Shown here one piece after another: positions 41,998 to 54,762 of a stretch of 64,000 bases of DNA. The position numbers and the translations under genes are program-made. Source of the stretch: Eledone cirrhosa (taxonomy: Eukaryota); assembly GCA_964016885.1 (NCBI GenBank), contig OZ024741.1, forward strand, positions 315,766,001 through 315,830,000, given 5' to 3'. Within the stretch, counting starts at the first letter, position 1; every line of letters begins with the position of its first letter. The notes beneath the pieces were generated by a model. The model did no database searches and was not told the origin of the DNA. It saw only the letters and a list, made by a program, of their open reading frames with translations.

Positions 41998-42349
41998 ATA
42001 TATTAATATACACGTATATAAATATATACATATACAAATATGATACATATATAGATATGTATATAAATAAATATGTGTATAATTATATCCGCACATAGAA
42101 AAAACGAAATGCTCCGACAGATTACTGAAGCGACAAATATAAACGAAATCCAAGGAAAACAAAATAGAAAGCCCGAGTGGAATAGTAACAACCTCACAAC
42201 ACAGATAAAGACATATAAAGACACAAAAGAACTAAACTAATAAAATAAACAAGACACACACTGATAGAACAATTAACCAACTAGTGACAAGTAGGAAAGA
42301 GAAAGAGAAATAAGAATAAAATGAATGTATAATTAAATAAACAGATAGA

Positions 42350-42727
42350 TAATAATAATTGTTTCTACTTTAGGCACAAGGCTAGCAATTATCCAGTGCA
42401 TTACTGGTACTTTATTTTATCGACCCCGTAAGGATGAAAGGCAAAGTCAACCTCGGCGGGATTTGAACTCAGATCGTAAAGGGACGTAACTATGCTGGAA
42501 AGCATGGCGTCCGACCTTCTACCGATACTGCCAGACACAAGGCCAGCAATTACCTCAGTACATTACTAGTACTTTATTTTATCGACTTCATAAGGATGAA
42601 CGGCAAAGCTAATCTCGGCGGGATATGAACTCAGAACGCACAGGGCCTTAACTCTATGCTCCAAAACATGGTATCTGGCACGCTACCGATACTGCCATGT
42701 TTCTACATTAGGCACAAGGCCAGCAAT
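42350..42727 (-). mobile_element. Tandem copies of the main SINE
   Basis: Same consensus as the other copies. Confidence 0.85.
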
Positions 42728-43060
42728 TTAATTATGATAATAATAATTTGTTTACCACAAGAGCCTACATATAGGGGACAATACAAAAGATAGGGGCTGT
42801 GGGGGATTTACAAAAAAATTGAGTAAACAATATAGAAATAATATCAATCAACAACAAAATTATATCAATGTAAATTTCCCAGTAGGGGGAAGAACCAGCC
42901 ACGAGCGACTCAGGAACCCCACCAATCATGAACCACCCTACGCTTCGAGAGCACCCGGGGAGAGCACACCTCTACACATAAAATCAACCAGCCTACAAGC
43001 GCATGCTCAGAGTAGGCCCATGCACACGGGCCATTCTCGCCACATTCACCAACGTTTCAT
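42728..43060 (-). mobile_element. Tx1 LINE extreme 3' fragment
   Basis: Minus frame KRW.NVARMARVHGPTLSMRL* plus a 3' UTR matching 36830-37110 and an (ATT)n tail. Confidence 0.8.
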
Positions 43061-44676
43061 GCAGATCACAAATGTGTGATCTGTATAGGCGACCGTTCGA
43101 AAATATGGACAAACTTTACTATCCTTATCTAGGATGATCAGTTACTTGAGGATGTTGACCCCCCCCCCCCCCCCCGCTCATATCAGCCATTCCCAAACAA
43201 TTCTTGTGTGTATGTAATATGCCGTTCCAGTCACCCGCTAACAGTAATGAGAAAATCTTCCCAGAAAATCTTCCAGGGGCTTAAAGTAATATATATATGT
43301 ATACGGGATGTTCAATATACAATGCGTGCATTCATATATATATCACTACATCGATTCTCCAGAACATTTCACAATATTTATAATTTATAGAAACTACTAC
43401 ACTATGGCCTATATAAGTTGCCTATGTACAATATATATTTTTAATTATTTTTAAATGCTCTTAAAGTTATACAATGTAAAAACTATTATCAAAACCATAT
43501 TTATTATATGGTGCTCTGAAATCTTATATGAATATTTTTATTTATATTATAATATAAATTACAATTAATTATTAGGTTAAACATTTGATGAAACAATATA
43601 TTATTAAATATCTATCGTAAACATTCCTTAAATTACTAAATATTAGAGTTATCTTCCCTAAAATCTTTTCTTTGCTTACATTTCAACTTGCATAAATGAT
43701 TAAATATTATACTACTAACCATATGCAATAATAGAATATGCATAATATTATACATCTTTACTTCAAAAATATAATTACTTTCACATTATTAAAGATATGT
43801 ATAAAATTCATATATATTGTTGCTTGATCTATCTGACGCTCATTTATAATTCTATGTCTATATATATATACTTAAATATGATCTATATTCACGCGTAATC
43901 ATTTATGTAATAAATAATAATTTATTTTTTAAATAACGATATATAACAATGTCGTATACTACAATACATTATATTTATAACTATACTCATGGTATTAAAA
44001 TATATGCGAAAAATATATCCACTCGTATATGTAAATACATTGTATATTTCATTCACATATTATATTGTTGTAATTGCTTTAATGAATTAATAGTTTATAA
44101 TTTAATGCAATACATAATAATTCTCATCTAAATATTATAAATATTTCCATATTCTTAAAATATGTATTTAAAAATTTAAATAAATAAATAAGTATAATTA
44201 TATCATTCTTTCTAAACCCATGTATATATCTTTGGATGTATATATGTATATTTCTATAAATAATTCTAAAATAATTCTACAATAACTTTTTCAAATTTAA
44301 TAGCAAACGCTTAAAAAAATTTTAATAAGTATTTAAAATTTATCTAGCGTCTAAACTTAACGGCTCTTTTCAGTTTTAACGTTTTCCTCATTAGCATATT
44401 TCCCTTGAGCGTTGAACATCTCTAATCACTGAATTTATAACATTAAGTTCACATGAAGATATGTCACTATCTTAACACCAATTATTATATTTTATCTGCT
44501 TAAATATTAGTACCATTGAAATATGTATAATAAAATAAATATGGTTTTATAAAGATATTTTGCATTTATTAATATTATTGATATTAATGATACTCCAGAT
44601 AAATATTGTTGAGTGCTTCTAATTTGTTGTAAAATTAAATTTGTTGAATAATCAACAAACCAAATAACTCATTGTT

Positions 44677-44761
<85 letters not shown>

Positions 44762-44865
44762 GTGTGTGAATGAAGTATTTCCGTCGGAAAGGTACAGGAA
44801 AAAAGAGTGTTCTATGTAGGCTACAGAGCTTATTAGTTATGTAATAAACAACATAAGATAATTAT

Positions 44866-44926
44866 TTCATTTACCAGTCGTTTCTTTAAGGCAGGTGTTC
44901 TGTCTGTCTTCAGTCGTCAGAATGAA
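44866..44926 (-). ncRNA. Hammerhead ribozyme, family C
   Basis: UUCAUU-CUGACGA-(cUGAAG aCAG..CUGc CUUaa a)-GAAA-CGACUGG-UA^-AAUGAA. Confidence 0.7.
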
Positions 44927-45486
44927 TAAATAACATGGTGTTTTTTTATTAAATTTAGATTTGAAAACAAAATTTAGGAAATATGAAAGTGAGGCTGAAA
45001 AAAATGGGCAAAAAGGAAATAGGGGAAAAATCTTATAAAATATATATATAAAAAAAAATGAATATCTAGAACATAAACATACAAACACTCAACTACGCGC
45101 ATATACCTAATAGTACGTAGACGTATACTTTCTCACATAAGCGTATTTGCGTCTACATAGAAATACGACCAGAAACATAAATACATCCATATACATATAC
45201 ACAGATATATATGCACTCAAATATGTACGCACAAATACACACGCACACATATAAAAAGGGGGTGTACACACACATATAAACATACATACAAACACAAAAA
45301 CACAAAAACAAAAAGCTCTATACAATCGCGCACCTGTATATACACATACACATATATATATACACACACACACACACACGCGTACACATACATACACATA
45401 CATACACATATACACAAGCATTCACACACACACATACACAAATACATATATATATAAACACACATACATACACACATATATATATA

Positions 45487-45767
45487 TTTATACGATATAT
45501 TAACAAATGGAAACTATATTTATAAAACCATATTTATTTCATTATACATTATAAAACTGATCTATATTATATTTTATCTGATGAAAGCACACCATAATTT
45601 AACTTGATGTCCTTGAAATATGTATAATGAAATAAATATGGTTTTATAAATATAGTTTCCATGTGTTAATATATCGTATTTTTACTCCAATAATTTTTTG
45701 AGTGCTTTACCTGAGTTATAAAAATATTTGCTTGTTGTATCCCAACAATTTAAATAGAACTTCTACA
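45487..45767 (+). mobile_element. Family B element with a short inverted 5' piece; hammerhead at 45572-45632
   Basis: UUUUAU-CUGAUGA-AAG..CUU-GAAA-UAUGUA-UA^-AUGAAA; about 45490-45549 mirrors 45620-45680; an older decayed copy lies at about 44480-44670. Confidence 0.8.
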
Positions 45768-46145
45768 TATATATTTATATATATATATACACATACATAC
45801 ATATACATACATATACATACATATATACACATGCACAAGCACGTATCAATATGCACGAGTCATTGGGAAGTAGTTTAGAAACAGAAATAACTAAATAAAT
45901 AAATAAGAACAAAAAATAAATATATATGTAAGAAAATCAAAATCAAGATGAAAATCAACGAAGGGTGTGAGTGTGTGTATCAGGGCGGAATAAATAAAAA
46001 CAACTTAAAAATAAACAAATACACACGATATGCATATATATATATATATATAAGTTGTAATATAATGAAACGAAATTTCATTTCTCACTCTTAGTACGGC
46101 ACTTACTTAAATGTAAGTATGTATGTATACAGACGTACAGTAGCA

Positions 46146-46197
<52 letters not shown>

Positions 46198-46350
46198 CAT
46201 ACAGGTACACATATATATATGTACGTATCAGTTTAGCGGACGTTTATTATAACGCCCGCTTTGTCCGTTTGTAAACAAGCGGACAGCCTGATTTATGCCG
46301 TACGGTGGTAAGGCAACCACGTCACCTTTTTGTTCAACACTGACACAGGA

Positions 46351-46393
46351 ACGATGTACTAGTTTCAAGCTTCTTAGCTATCATCAGCACCGT
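46351..46393 (-). ncRNA. Minimal hammerhead ribozyme, family E
   Basis: ACGGUG-CUGAUGA-u AGCU aaga AGCU u-GAAA-CUAG-UA^-CAUCGU; palindromic stem III ACUAGU. Confidence 0.85.
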
Positions 46394-46803
46394 ATACCCT
46401 TCTGCCAGATGGTTGAACGTTCGAAAGTATATACTTTCCTTATGAAAATTAACGGCTGAGCAGCCTAATTTGCATATCGAGTGAGTTCAGTCGGCCGGGC
46501 GTACCGGAAACGATAAGTTGTAATATAATGAAACGAAATTTCATTTCTCACTCTTAGTACGGCACTTACTTAAATGTAAGTATGTATGTATACGTACATA
46601 CATATATGTATACAGACGTACAGTAGCATGCATATATATATATATATACATACAGGTACACATATATATATATGTACGTATCAGTTTAGCGGACGTTTAT
46701 TATAACGCCCGCTTTGTCCTTTTGTAAACAAGCGGACAGCCTGATTTATGCCGTACGGTGTTAAGGCAACCACGTCACCTTTTTTTTCAACACTGACACA
46801 GGA

Positions 46804-46846
46804 ACGATGTACTAGTTTCAAGCTTGTTAGCTATCATCAGCACCGT
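46804..46846 (-). ncRNA. Minimal hammerhead ribozyme, family E (second copy)
   Basis: Identical to 46351-46393 except loop II AACA. Confidence 0.85.
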
Positions 46847-47041
46847 ATACCCTTCTGCCAGATGGTTGAACGTTCGAAAGTATATACTTTCCTTATGAAA
46901 ATTAACGGCTGAGCAGCCTAATTTGCATATCGAGTGAGTTCAGTCGGCCAGGCGTACCGAAAACGATAAGTTGTAATATAATGAAACGAAATTTCATTTC
47001 TCACTCTTAGTACGGCACTTACTTAAATGTGTACCTGTATG

Positions 47042-47111
<70 letters not shown>

Positions 47112-47357
47112 TGCTACTGTACGTCTGTATACATATATGTATGTACGTATACATACATACTTACATTTAAGTAAGTGCCGTACTAAGAGTGAGAAATGAA
47201 ATTTCGTTTCACATCTGTGAGAAAAACCACAGACCCTCCATCTCAACTCACCCTTTGAAAAGCAGAAGAACTGCGAAACCGGTAAAGGAACCAAATAAAT
47301 ATATATATTTTAAAAAAAAATAAGACTCCAGTTGCATTTTCGATTTCATCTCTTTTT

Positions 47358-47446
<89 letters not shown>

Positions 47447-47451
<5 letters not shown>

Positions 47452-48132
47452 AAGAATTCATATCTAGTAACATATATATACATACAGATGCATATCAATG
47501 CTAGCAAATATATAGGTTTTGTCTTAATAACAGTGTGGTTCAATGCATGGGGTTGCAGAACAATAATATAAGAGACGTAAAATAAGAAAATTATAAAATT
47601 AACTTACTTACTAAAATATCACTTCCAACTAATTAGTTTCTGGAATGGAGTAAATATATTTTCCGAAGAATAATATATGGAAAAGCATTCCGTCGTCAGG
47701 AAAGTCTATTCTCATGTAAATTTCCAGGCAAAGCGAGGACACTGGAAACTTATTAAAAAATAATTCAGTGGATAGGAAATAGCGAAGCGTGGACTGAATT
47801 CCAAGCCATTGAGAAAATCACTGCCTCTACGTCTGTGGCAAATTCAAAAAGAATCGAACACGTGACATCGAGGTCAATCAGTGGAAAGTGGTTTGCTAAT
47901 AAGACAGCGGCCTGCCTACAACCGTAGCAGCAGTCATGGCCAATATTGCTCGACAAATAATTTGGAGATAATAATAAAGAATTCATATCTAGTAACATAT
48001 ATATACATACAGATGCATATCAATGCTAGCAAATATATAGGTTTTGTCTTAATATTTACTCCATTCCAGAAACTAATTAGTTGGAAGTGATATTTTAGTA
48101 AGTTAATTTTATAATTTTCTTATTTTACGTCT

Positions 48133-48137
<5 letters not shown>
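47447..48137. repeat. Element with combined direct (47447-47528 / 47972-48053) and inverted (47566-47655 / 48052-48137) repeats
   Basis: Direct string comparison; TA-microsatellite flanks. Confidence 0.75.
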
Positions 48138-48212
<75 letters not shown>

Positions 48213-48638
48213 TATATATATTTGTGTATGTGTGTGTGTGTCTGCTTGTATATATGTGTGTATGGGTATGTATGTGTACGTGTGTGTGTGTGTGTATACG
48301 CCCCCTTTTTATATGTGTGCGTGTGTATTTGTGTGTACATATTTGAGTGCATATATATCTGTGTATACGTATGTGAATGTATTTATGTTCCTGGTCGTAT
48401 TTCTATGTAGACGCAAATACGCTTATGTGAGAAAGTATACGTCTACGTACTATTACCTATATGCGCGTAGTTGAGTGTCTGTATGTTTATGTTCTGGATA
48501 TTCATTTTTTTATATATAATTTTTATAATATTATTCCCCTATTTCCTTTTTGCCAGTTTTTTTCAGCCTCACTTTCATATTTCCTAAATTTTGTTTTCAA
48601 ATCGATATTTAATAAAAAAAAAAACACCATGTTATTTA

Positions 48639-48696
48639 TTCATTCTGACGACTGAAGACAGACACATCTGCCTTCAAGAAGCCACTGGTAAATGAA
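48639..48696 (+). ncRNA. Hammerhead ribozyme, family C (GAAA>GAAG variant)
   Basis: UUCAUU-CUGACGA-c UGAAG a CAGA caca UCUG c CUUCA a-GAAG-CCACUGG-UA^-AAUGAA. Confidence 0.65.
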
Positions 48697-48722
48697 AAAA
48701 TTATCTTATGTTGTTTATTACA

Positions 48723-48798
<76 letters not shown>

Positions 48799-48804
48799 CA
48801 TGTA

Positions 48805-49565
48805 GTCAGTGCAAATCTGCAAGCCCTAACAACATCTCTTCAAGAGTGTGCGCAAAAGATCGGCCTGAGAATAAACACCAAAAAGACCAAGGTGATAAGA
48901 AAACCAACGACACAGATCCAGCGATTAGAGTCAACCAACAAGAGCTGGAGGAAGTCGATCACTTCACCTATATGAGCAGAAACCTGGCAAGTAATGGCGA
49001 CGCAGAGCTCGACATCAACTGTCGGATCTGCAAAGGAGCCACAGTTTTCTAGTGGTTGCGCCCAGACTGGTCCTCTTCATTCAGCAGCATCAGGATCAAG
49101 CTGCGCCTGTACAAGAAAATCGTGTTGCCGACAGTGATTTACGTGAGCGAACCCTGGAAGAGCACGGCAAAGATAGAATAGACGGCTGAACACTTTCCCC
49201 CAGCGGTGCCTGCGAATGATCCTTCTTGTGTCCTGGCGCGACCAAGTGCGAAACGAGGGTACCCTGCGGAGAGCCGAGTCGTTGACGCTACGGAGGATGG
49301 TCGCGGAGAGCCGGTGCCGCCTGGCTGGCCATATTTTGCGCCTGCCCGACGATCAACACTCGAAAACAACGATGAAATGGACTCCGCCCGGCGGCAAACG
49401 GGGGTGGGGTTGCCCCAGGATAATCTGGCAACGAATGTTCCGAAAACACCTGATGGCAGCTAACATCATTTGGCACCGACGCGTAAAAGCCGCTGCTGAT
49501 CGTGACCGTTGGCGAGTACTTACTGCTCGATGTGCCGAACGGAGTGGAAGAACCTAAGACTAAGA
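48805..49565 (+). mobile_element. RTE-clade LINE 3' fragment
   Basis: GL.INTKKTK, LEEVDHFTY, DINCRI.K, RLAGHILRLPD..WTPPGGKRG.G.P, AADRDRWR; CTAAGA tail repeat. Confidence 0.85.
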
Positions 49566-49568
49566 TAC

Positions 49569-49601
<33 letters not shown>

Positions 49602-49609
<8 letters not shown>

Positions 49610-50189
49610 AAAAAATGGGGAGAAAAATACTGCTGGTTGCACATGGATAACATGTAATAAAATAAGTCCCTCATCAGTGATTTGCCGACGATCATAGATA
49701 TTTCATTGCATTAAAAATCATATACCTCACGTCGGTGCAATAATAACTAAATTAAGTTATTAGGACAATTAAAACACGTAAAGCGAGTGAAACAAGATAA
49801 CAACAAAGAGGATAGCTAACCGTAGAAGGAAGGGAACAAGCTTCATAGTTATTCTGTTAGCATAAGCTAGGTGAATATATGAGCGCTTAGAAAAAAGACC
49901 TTTCAGGAGAGAATTCAAATGTGAGAAAGAGAGAAAATGATTTCGTCGTGAACGGGGTGAAGTGAGAAGAGGAGAAACAGTGAGTGAGTAGAAGTGTGAG
50001 GAAGAGTTAACTGACATGACAGAGGGGGCGAAAGAAAGTAGGAGAAACAGAGAGAGCGAGGGAGCAGTAAGAGAGAGAGAGAAAAAAACAGAATCGCAGT
50101 TTAGGTAAATATATGTGAAAAAATGGGGAGAAAAATACTGCTGGTTGCACATGGATAACATGTAATAAAATAAGTCCCTCATCAGTGAT
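49602..50189 (-). mobile_element. pLTR-like unit bounded by 80-bp direct repeats containing a half hammerhead
   Basis: 49602-49681 matches 50109-50189; minus strand AUCA-CUGAUGA-GGGA.. with no GAAA half. Confidence 0.6.
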
Positions 50190-50516
50190 GCATCTGAACT
50201 AAATTTATTGTGTAACAATTGTTTCGCCGGCAGACAGCTCGAGACACGATCATTGTGTGGATCTGTCTGATTCTGGATCTGCAGCTTCGACGGACACTTC
50301 TAATGACTTCGGATCAAATTTTCTCACTGGGGTGTTAGCTTCAAAAAACATCCTCTTCGCTCGTCCTGCTATTGTCTGTTGTTTTTCAACGTCATCATAA
50401 ATTTTGGCTAACAGGTACTGTCTAACTGACCATCAGCTGTCCTTTTTTCTGTCACACTTCAATGAATCCCTGCTGGGTTTGGTAGTTCACACGCCCACGC
50501 GCGCACTCACACACAC

Positions 50517-50549
<33 letters not shown>

Positions 50550-51137
50550 TACACACACACACGCACACAATCATATAAATAACAACATCCGTACGCATAT
50601 AACTCCCGCGATACATACGCATCTAAAGAGAACCCATAAAGCTATAGACATACGCGTCCACAGACGCCTGCCTACATGCCCACGTACATCAACTCATACA
50701 CACACACACGCACACGCACACAGGCGCACACACATGCATACGCGTATATCTACTCGTATACACAAACATGTACAGACATATACATAGACACGCACACACG
50801 CATACACACACGTGTCCATGTATACAGGCATAAAAACAGACTCGCTCGCAAACACACATATATATGTATATATGTATATATACATATGTATACACTCAAA
50901 CAAGCCCTTACCCTACAGTGGGTGCACGTACACACACACACACACACACTGGCTCATATACACTCTTACAAATATGCGCCTATTACCTACAGGCCCACGT
51001 ACGTCTACATATATATATATACATATACACATATATATACGTATGTATGTGTGTGTGCGTGTTTGTGTGTGTGATTATCTGCCTGTGTATATCTGTCTAT
51101 TTGCTTAACAATTAACTTATCAAAATGTCTTTTCTTT

Positions 51138-51171
<34 letters not shown>

Positions 51172-51530
51172 TAACACACACATACGCCACCACATACAAA
51201 ACAATAACGTCTCTTTCAATTATTGCTGAGCAGCAACTGACCGGACAGACTAACCAAATTGTATTGACCAATGAACTGTAACGTTGAAGAACTCACTTCC
51301 GCTTCCGTTCCGATTCCGTGGACATGCGATTGATTCCAAAGATTGGCTGCTTAATTACAGCAGGGATGAAAGTGGAGAGGGTTTCAGATCGAATGAGCTA
51401 CACTTTCTGGGAGATTCTTCTGACCAGGAAGACAAATGTCACTTCAAATCACTTGACAAGCATTTGCTTAAATTCACGACAAGAGACGTTGTCGTATATA
51501 CAACACTGTATGCCTGTCTGTATTTCTGTG

Positions 51531-51563
<33 letters not shown>

Positions 51564-52011
51564 CCGATTGATGTATATAGATAGCTATGTATGTACGTGT
51601 GGGTAGTATTAACTATATATAAGGGAAAGAAATTGAAAATGCAACTGGAGTCTTGTAAGAATATTTATTTATTCACTTTACCAGTTTCACAGTTCTTATG
51701 ATTTTCAAAAGTAAAATTTAGATGGACGGTTTGTGTTTCTGTTTGTAGTTCATTTTGCTGATTGAATGATCAATATTTTTTGTCACCTGACTCTTCATAG
51801 ACCGATGTAGCAGGAAAAAAAACTGTTTCTTCAGACACATAAAGACTTTAATAAACTTCCTATCATCATATATCTCTCCATCTCACCTAACTTTTGAAAG
51901 TCATATAAACGTGACAACAGTAAAGTTATTATTAATAAATCTTCTTAAAGACTCAACTAACATTTTCAATTTCTTTTTTCTATATTATTACCCTTGTATT
52001 TTATATAACAT

Positions 52012-52063
<52 letters not shown>

Positions 52064-52076
52064 CACACACACACAC

Positions 52077-52120
<44 letters not shown>

Positions 52121-52183
52121 TGTCTGTGTCTGTATATATATATATTGCTCCCTCTTTCTCTCTATATATGTATATATATATAT

Positions 52184-52229
<46 letters not shown>

Positions 52230-52491
52230 AGTAAGTGAGAAAGAGAGAGAGAGACAGATCTATGCATTGTAGATATAGATACACACATATATGCACATAT
52301 ATGATCTGGAAGATTGTGTTTAGTATTAGATAAAATATGATCCGGAAGACATAAGTCTAGTCTTAGATCAAATATAATATAACCAGGAATATATTATTTT
52401 ACAAAGTCTCCATTTATTAAGAGGAGTAAGATTTGAGAAAGAATTCTGCAATTATTCCTATAGTGTCTAGTGAGCGTGTTTTTCTTTTATA

Positions 52492-53850
52492 CATCAACAC
52501 TATATCTAACACAGTCTACCATGCTATATATACATCAACACTATATCTAACACAGCCAACCATTCTATACATCAACACTATATATTAACACAGCCAACCA
52601 TTCTATACATCAACACTATATCTAACACAGCCAACCATTCTATACATCAACACTATATCTAACACAGCCAACCATTCTATACATCAACACTATATCTAAC
52701 ACAGCCAACCATTCTATACATCAACACTATATCTAACACAGCCAACCATTCTATATATCAACACTATAACTAACACAGCCAACCATTCTATATATCAACA
52801 CTATATCTAACACAGCCAACCATTCTATACATCAACACTATATCTAACACAGCCGACCATTCTATACATCAACACTATATCTAACACAGCCAACCATTCT
52901 ATACATCAACACTATATCTAACACAACCAACCATTCTATATATTAACACTATATCTAACACAACCTACCATTCTATACATCAACACTATATCTAACACAG
53001 TCAAGCATTCTATATATTAACACTATATCTAACACAGCCAACCATTCTATATATCAACACTATATCTAACACAGCCAACCATTCTATATATCAACACTAT
53101 ATCTAACACAGCCAACCATTCTATATATCAACACTATATCTAACACAGCCAACCATTCTATACATCAACACTATATCTAACACAGCCAACCATTCTATAT
53201 ATCAACACTATATCTAACACAGCCAACCATTCTATACATCAACACTATATCTGACACAACCAACCATTCTATATATTAACACTATATATAACACAGCCAA
53301 CCATTCTATATATCAACACTATATCTAACACAGCCAACCATTCTATACATCAACACTATATCTAACACAGCCAACCATTCTATATATCAACACTATATCT
53401 AACACAGCCAACCATTCTATATATCAACACTATAACTAACACAGCCAACCATTCTATATATCAACACTATAACTAACACAGCCAACCATTCTATATATTA
53501 ACACTATATATAACACAGCCAACCATTCTATACACCAACACTATATCTAACACATTCAACCATTCTATATATTAACACTATATCTAACACAGCCAACCAT
53601 TCTATATACCAACACTATAACTAACACAGCCAACCATTCTATATACCAACACTATATCTAACACAGCCAACCATTCTATAGACCAACACTATATCTAACA
53701 CAGCCAACCATTCTATATATTAACACTATATCTAACACAGCCAACCATTCTATATATTAACACTATATCCAATACAGCCTACCATTCTATTACCAACACT
53801 ATATCTATCACAGTCTACCATTCTATATATCAACACTATATCCAACATAG
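52492..53850. repeat. 37-bp minisatellite, about 36 copies
   Basis: Unit ATCAACACTATATCTAACACAGCCAACCATTCTATA(C/T), head-to-tail with no spacers. Confidence 0.95.
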
Positions 53851-53869
53851 AGTAAAATTCTATAAAAGT

Positions 53870-54762
53870 AAAATGTGCTGTAGAGAAAATTATTATTGTT
53901 ATAATGGGAGAAGAATAAAACAAAATACTTTCCTTTCTATATGAAAAGAAACAATAAAATACTAACTAGAACCACCTAACTACACAGAAAAACAAAAATT
54001 TCTAGATGAAAACAAAACAACGGAAAAGGTTTTAATAAAACAAAGCAAGGCAAACTGAAAATGAGATTCTAAATTATACAAGAGGAAATAAAAATATAGG
54101 GAGAAAGCATTTCATGGTCAATATCCTCTCGACATAGAGGAAGTAAGCCAGAGTGTAAGTCAACAATGCTTCTAAAGCTCTGGCCTGTATTAGCAGTAAA
54201 GGAAGGTCTAATTTTAGCTGCACAAGATCAATGCTCAGCCATTAAACAATCTATACGAACAAATATTTAACAATAGACTAACATCGAGTGCAGATTATGC
54301 TGTCAATACAATGAGTCATTTAACCACATCGTTACTAGCTTCGTATTACTAGCAAAACTAGAGTATATTGACAGGTGAGATCTAGGCAGTAATATGTTCA
54401 TGGGGCAATATAGTAAAATATAAAGAAGAGGTATAGGCAAGTACTAAACACGGTATAGAACAACGATCTGATCGCAATAATCTGTGACAGCTCGATGTAT
54501 TCTGACTACTAGAAGAGACGATCCAAAGAAATTCGATAAAGTATCAAAGTAGAAGGGTGTTGGTGTTGAAATAAGGAGTATGTGAGATGAACATTAAGAC
54601 TAGTATAAATAGTTGAAACATTAGTGATGATGAGAAAAATGAACATCGTCTGCTACTGGAAGCAAATTTACTAAGTAAATAGCCAGAATATATACTGCAA
54701 AATATGTTGTCCAACGGTCTAATGATTCTGCAAATCCTCAGCCTTAACAACAATAATAATAA
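53870..54762 (+). mobile_element. Decayed R4/Dong-like LINE 3' end
   Basis: HGQYP, ILAAQDQ, CRLC..Y.ES.NHIV, LAKLEYIDR-like motifs; (AAC/AAT)n tail. Confidence 0.6.

Larger units (their letters stand above)
46051..47211 (-). mobile_element. Retrozyme-like tandem array (family E): 463 + 453 + partial units, then an inverted terminal copy
   Basis: Unit starts TAAGTTGTAATATAATG at 46051, 46514 and 46967; 47030-47211 is the reverse complement of the unit start; one hammerhead per full unit. Confidence 0.88.
44837..48725. mobile_element. Family C fold-back: about 600-bp inverted arms (44837-45480 and 48170-48725) enclosing nested elements
   Basis: The arms are reverse complements, and each carries a hammerhead near its outer end. 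Confidence 0.88.

Noticed and set aside
43380-44400. Mitochondrial insert or special AT-rich element
   Set aside because: No recognisable gene, tRNA or repeat structure
47650-47705. Hammerhead CUGACGA-CGGA..UUCG-GAAA-AUAUAUU-UA on the minus strand
   Set aside because: No stem I complement is found; it could be a rearranged remnant but was not counted
51800-51840. CUGAAGA plus hairpin on the minus strand
   Set aside because: No GAAA or NUH follows
52492-53850. CRISPR array (37-bp repeats)
   Set aside because: Units are contiguous with no unique spacers, there are no cas genes, and the context is eukaryotic
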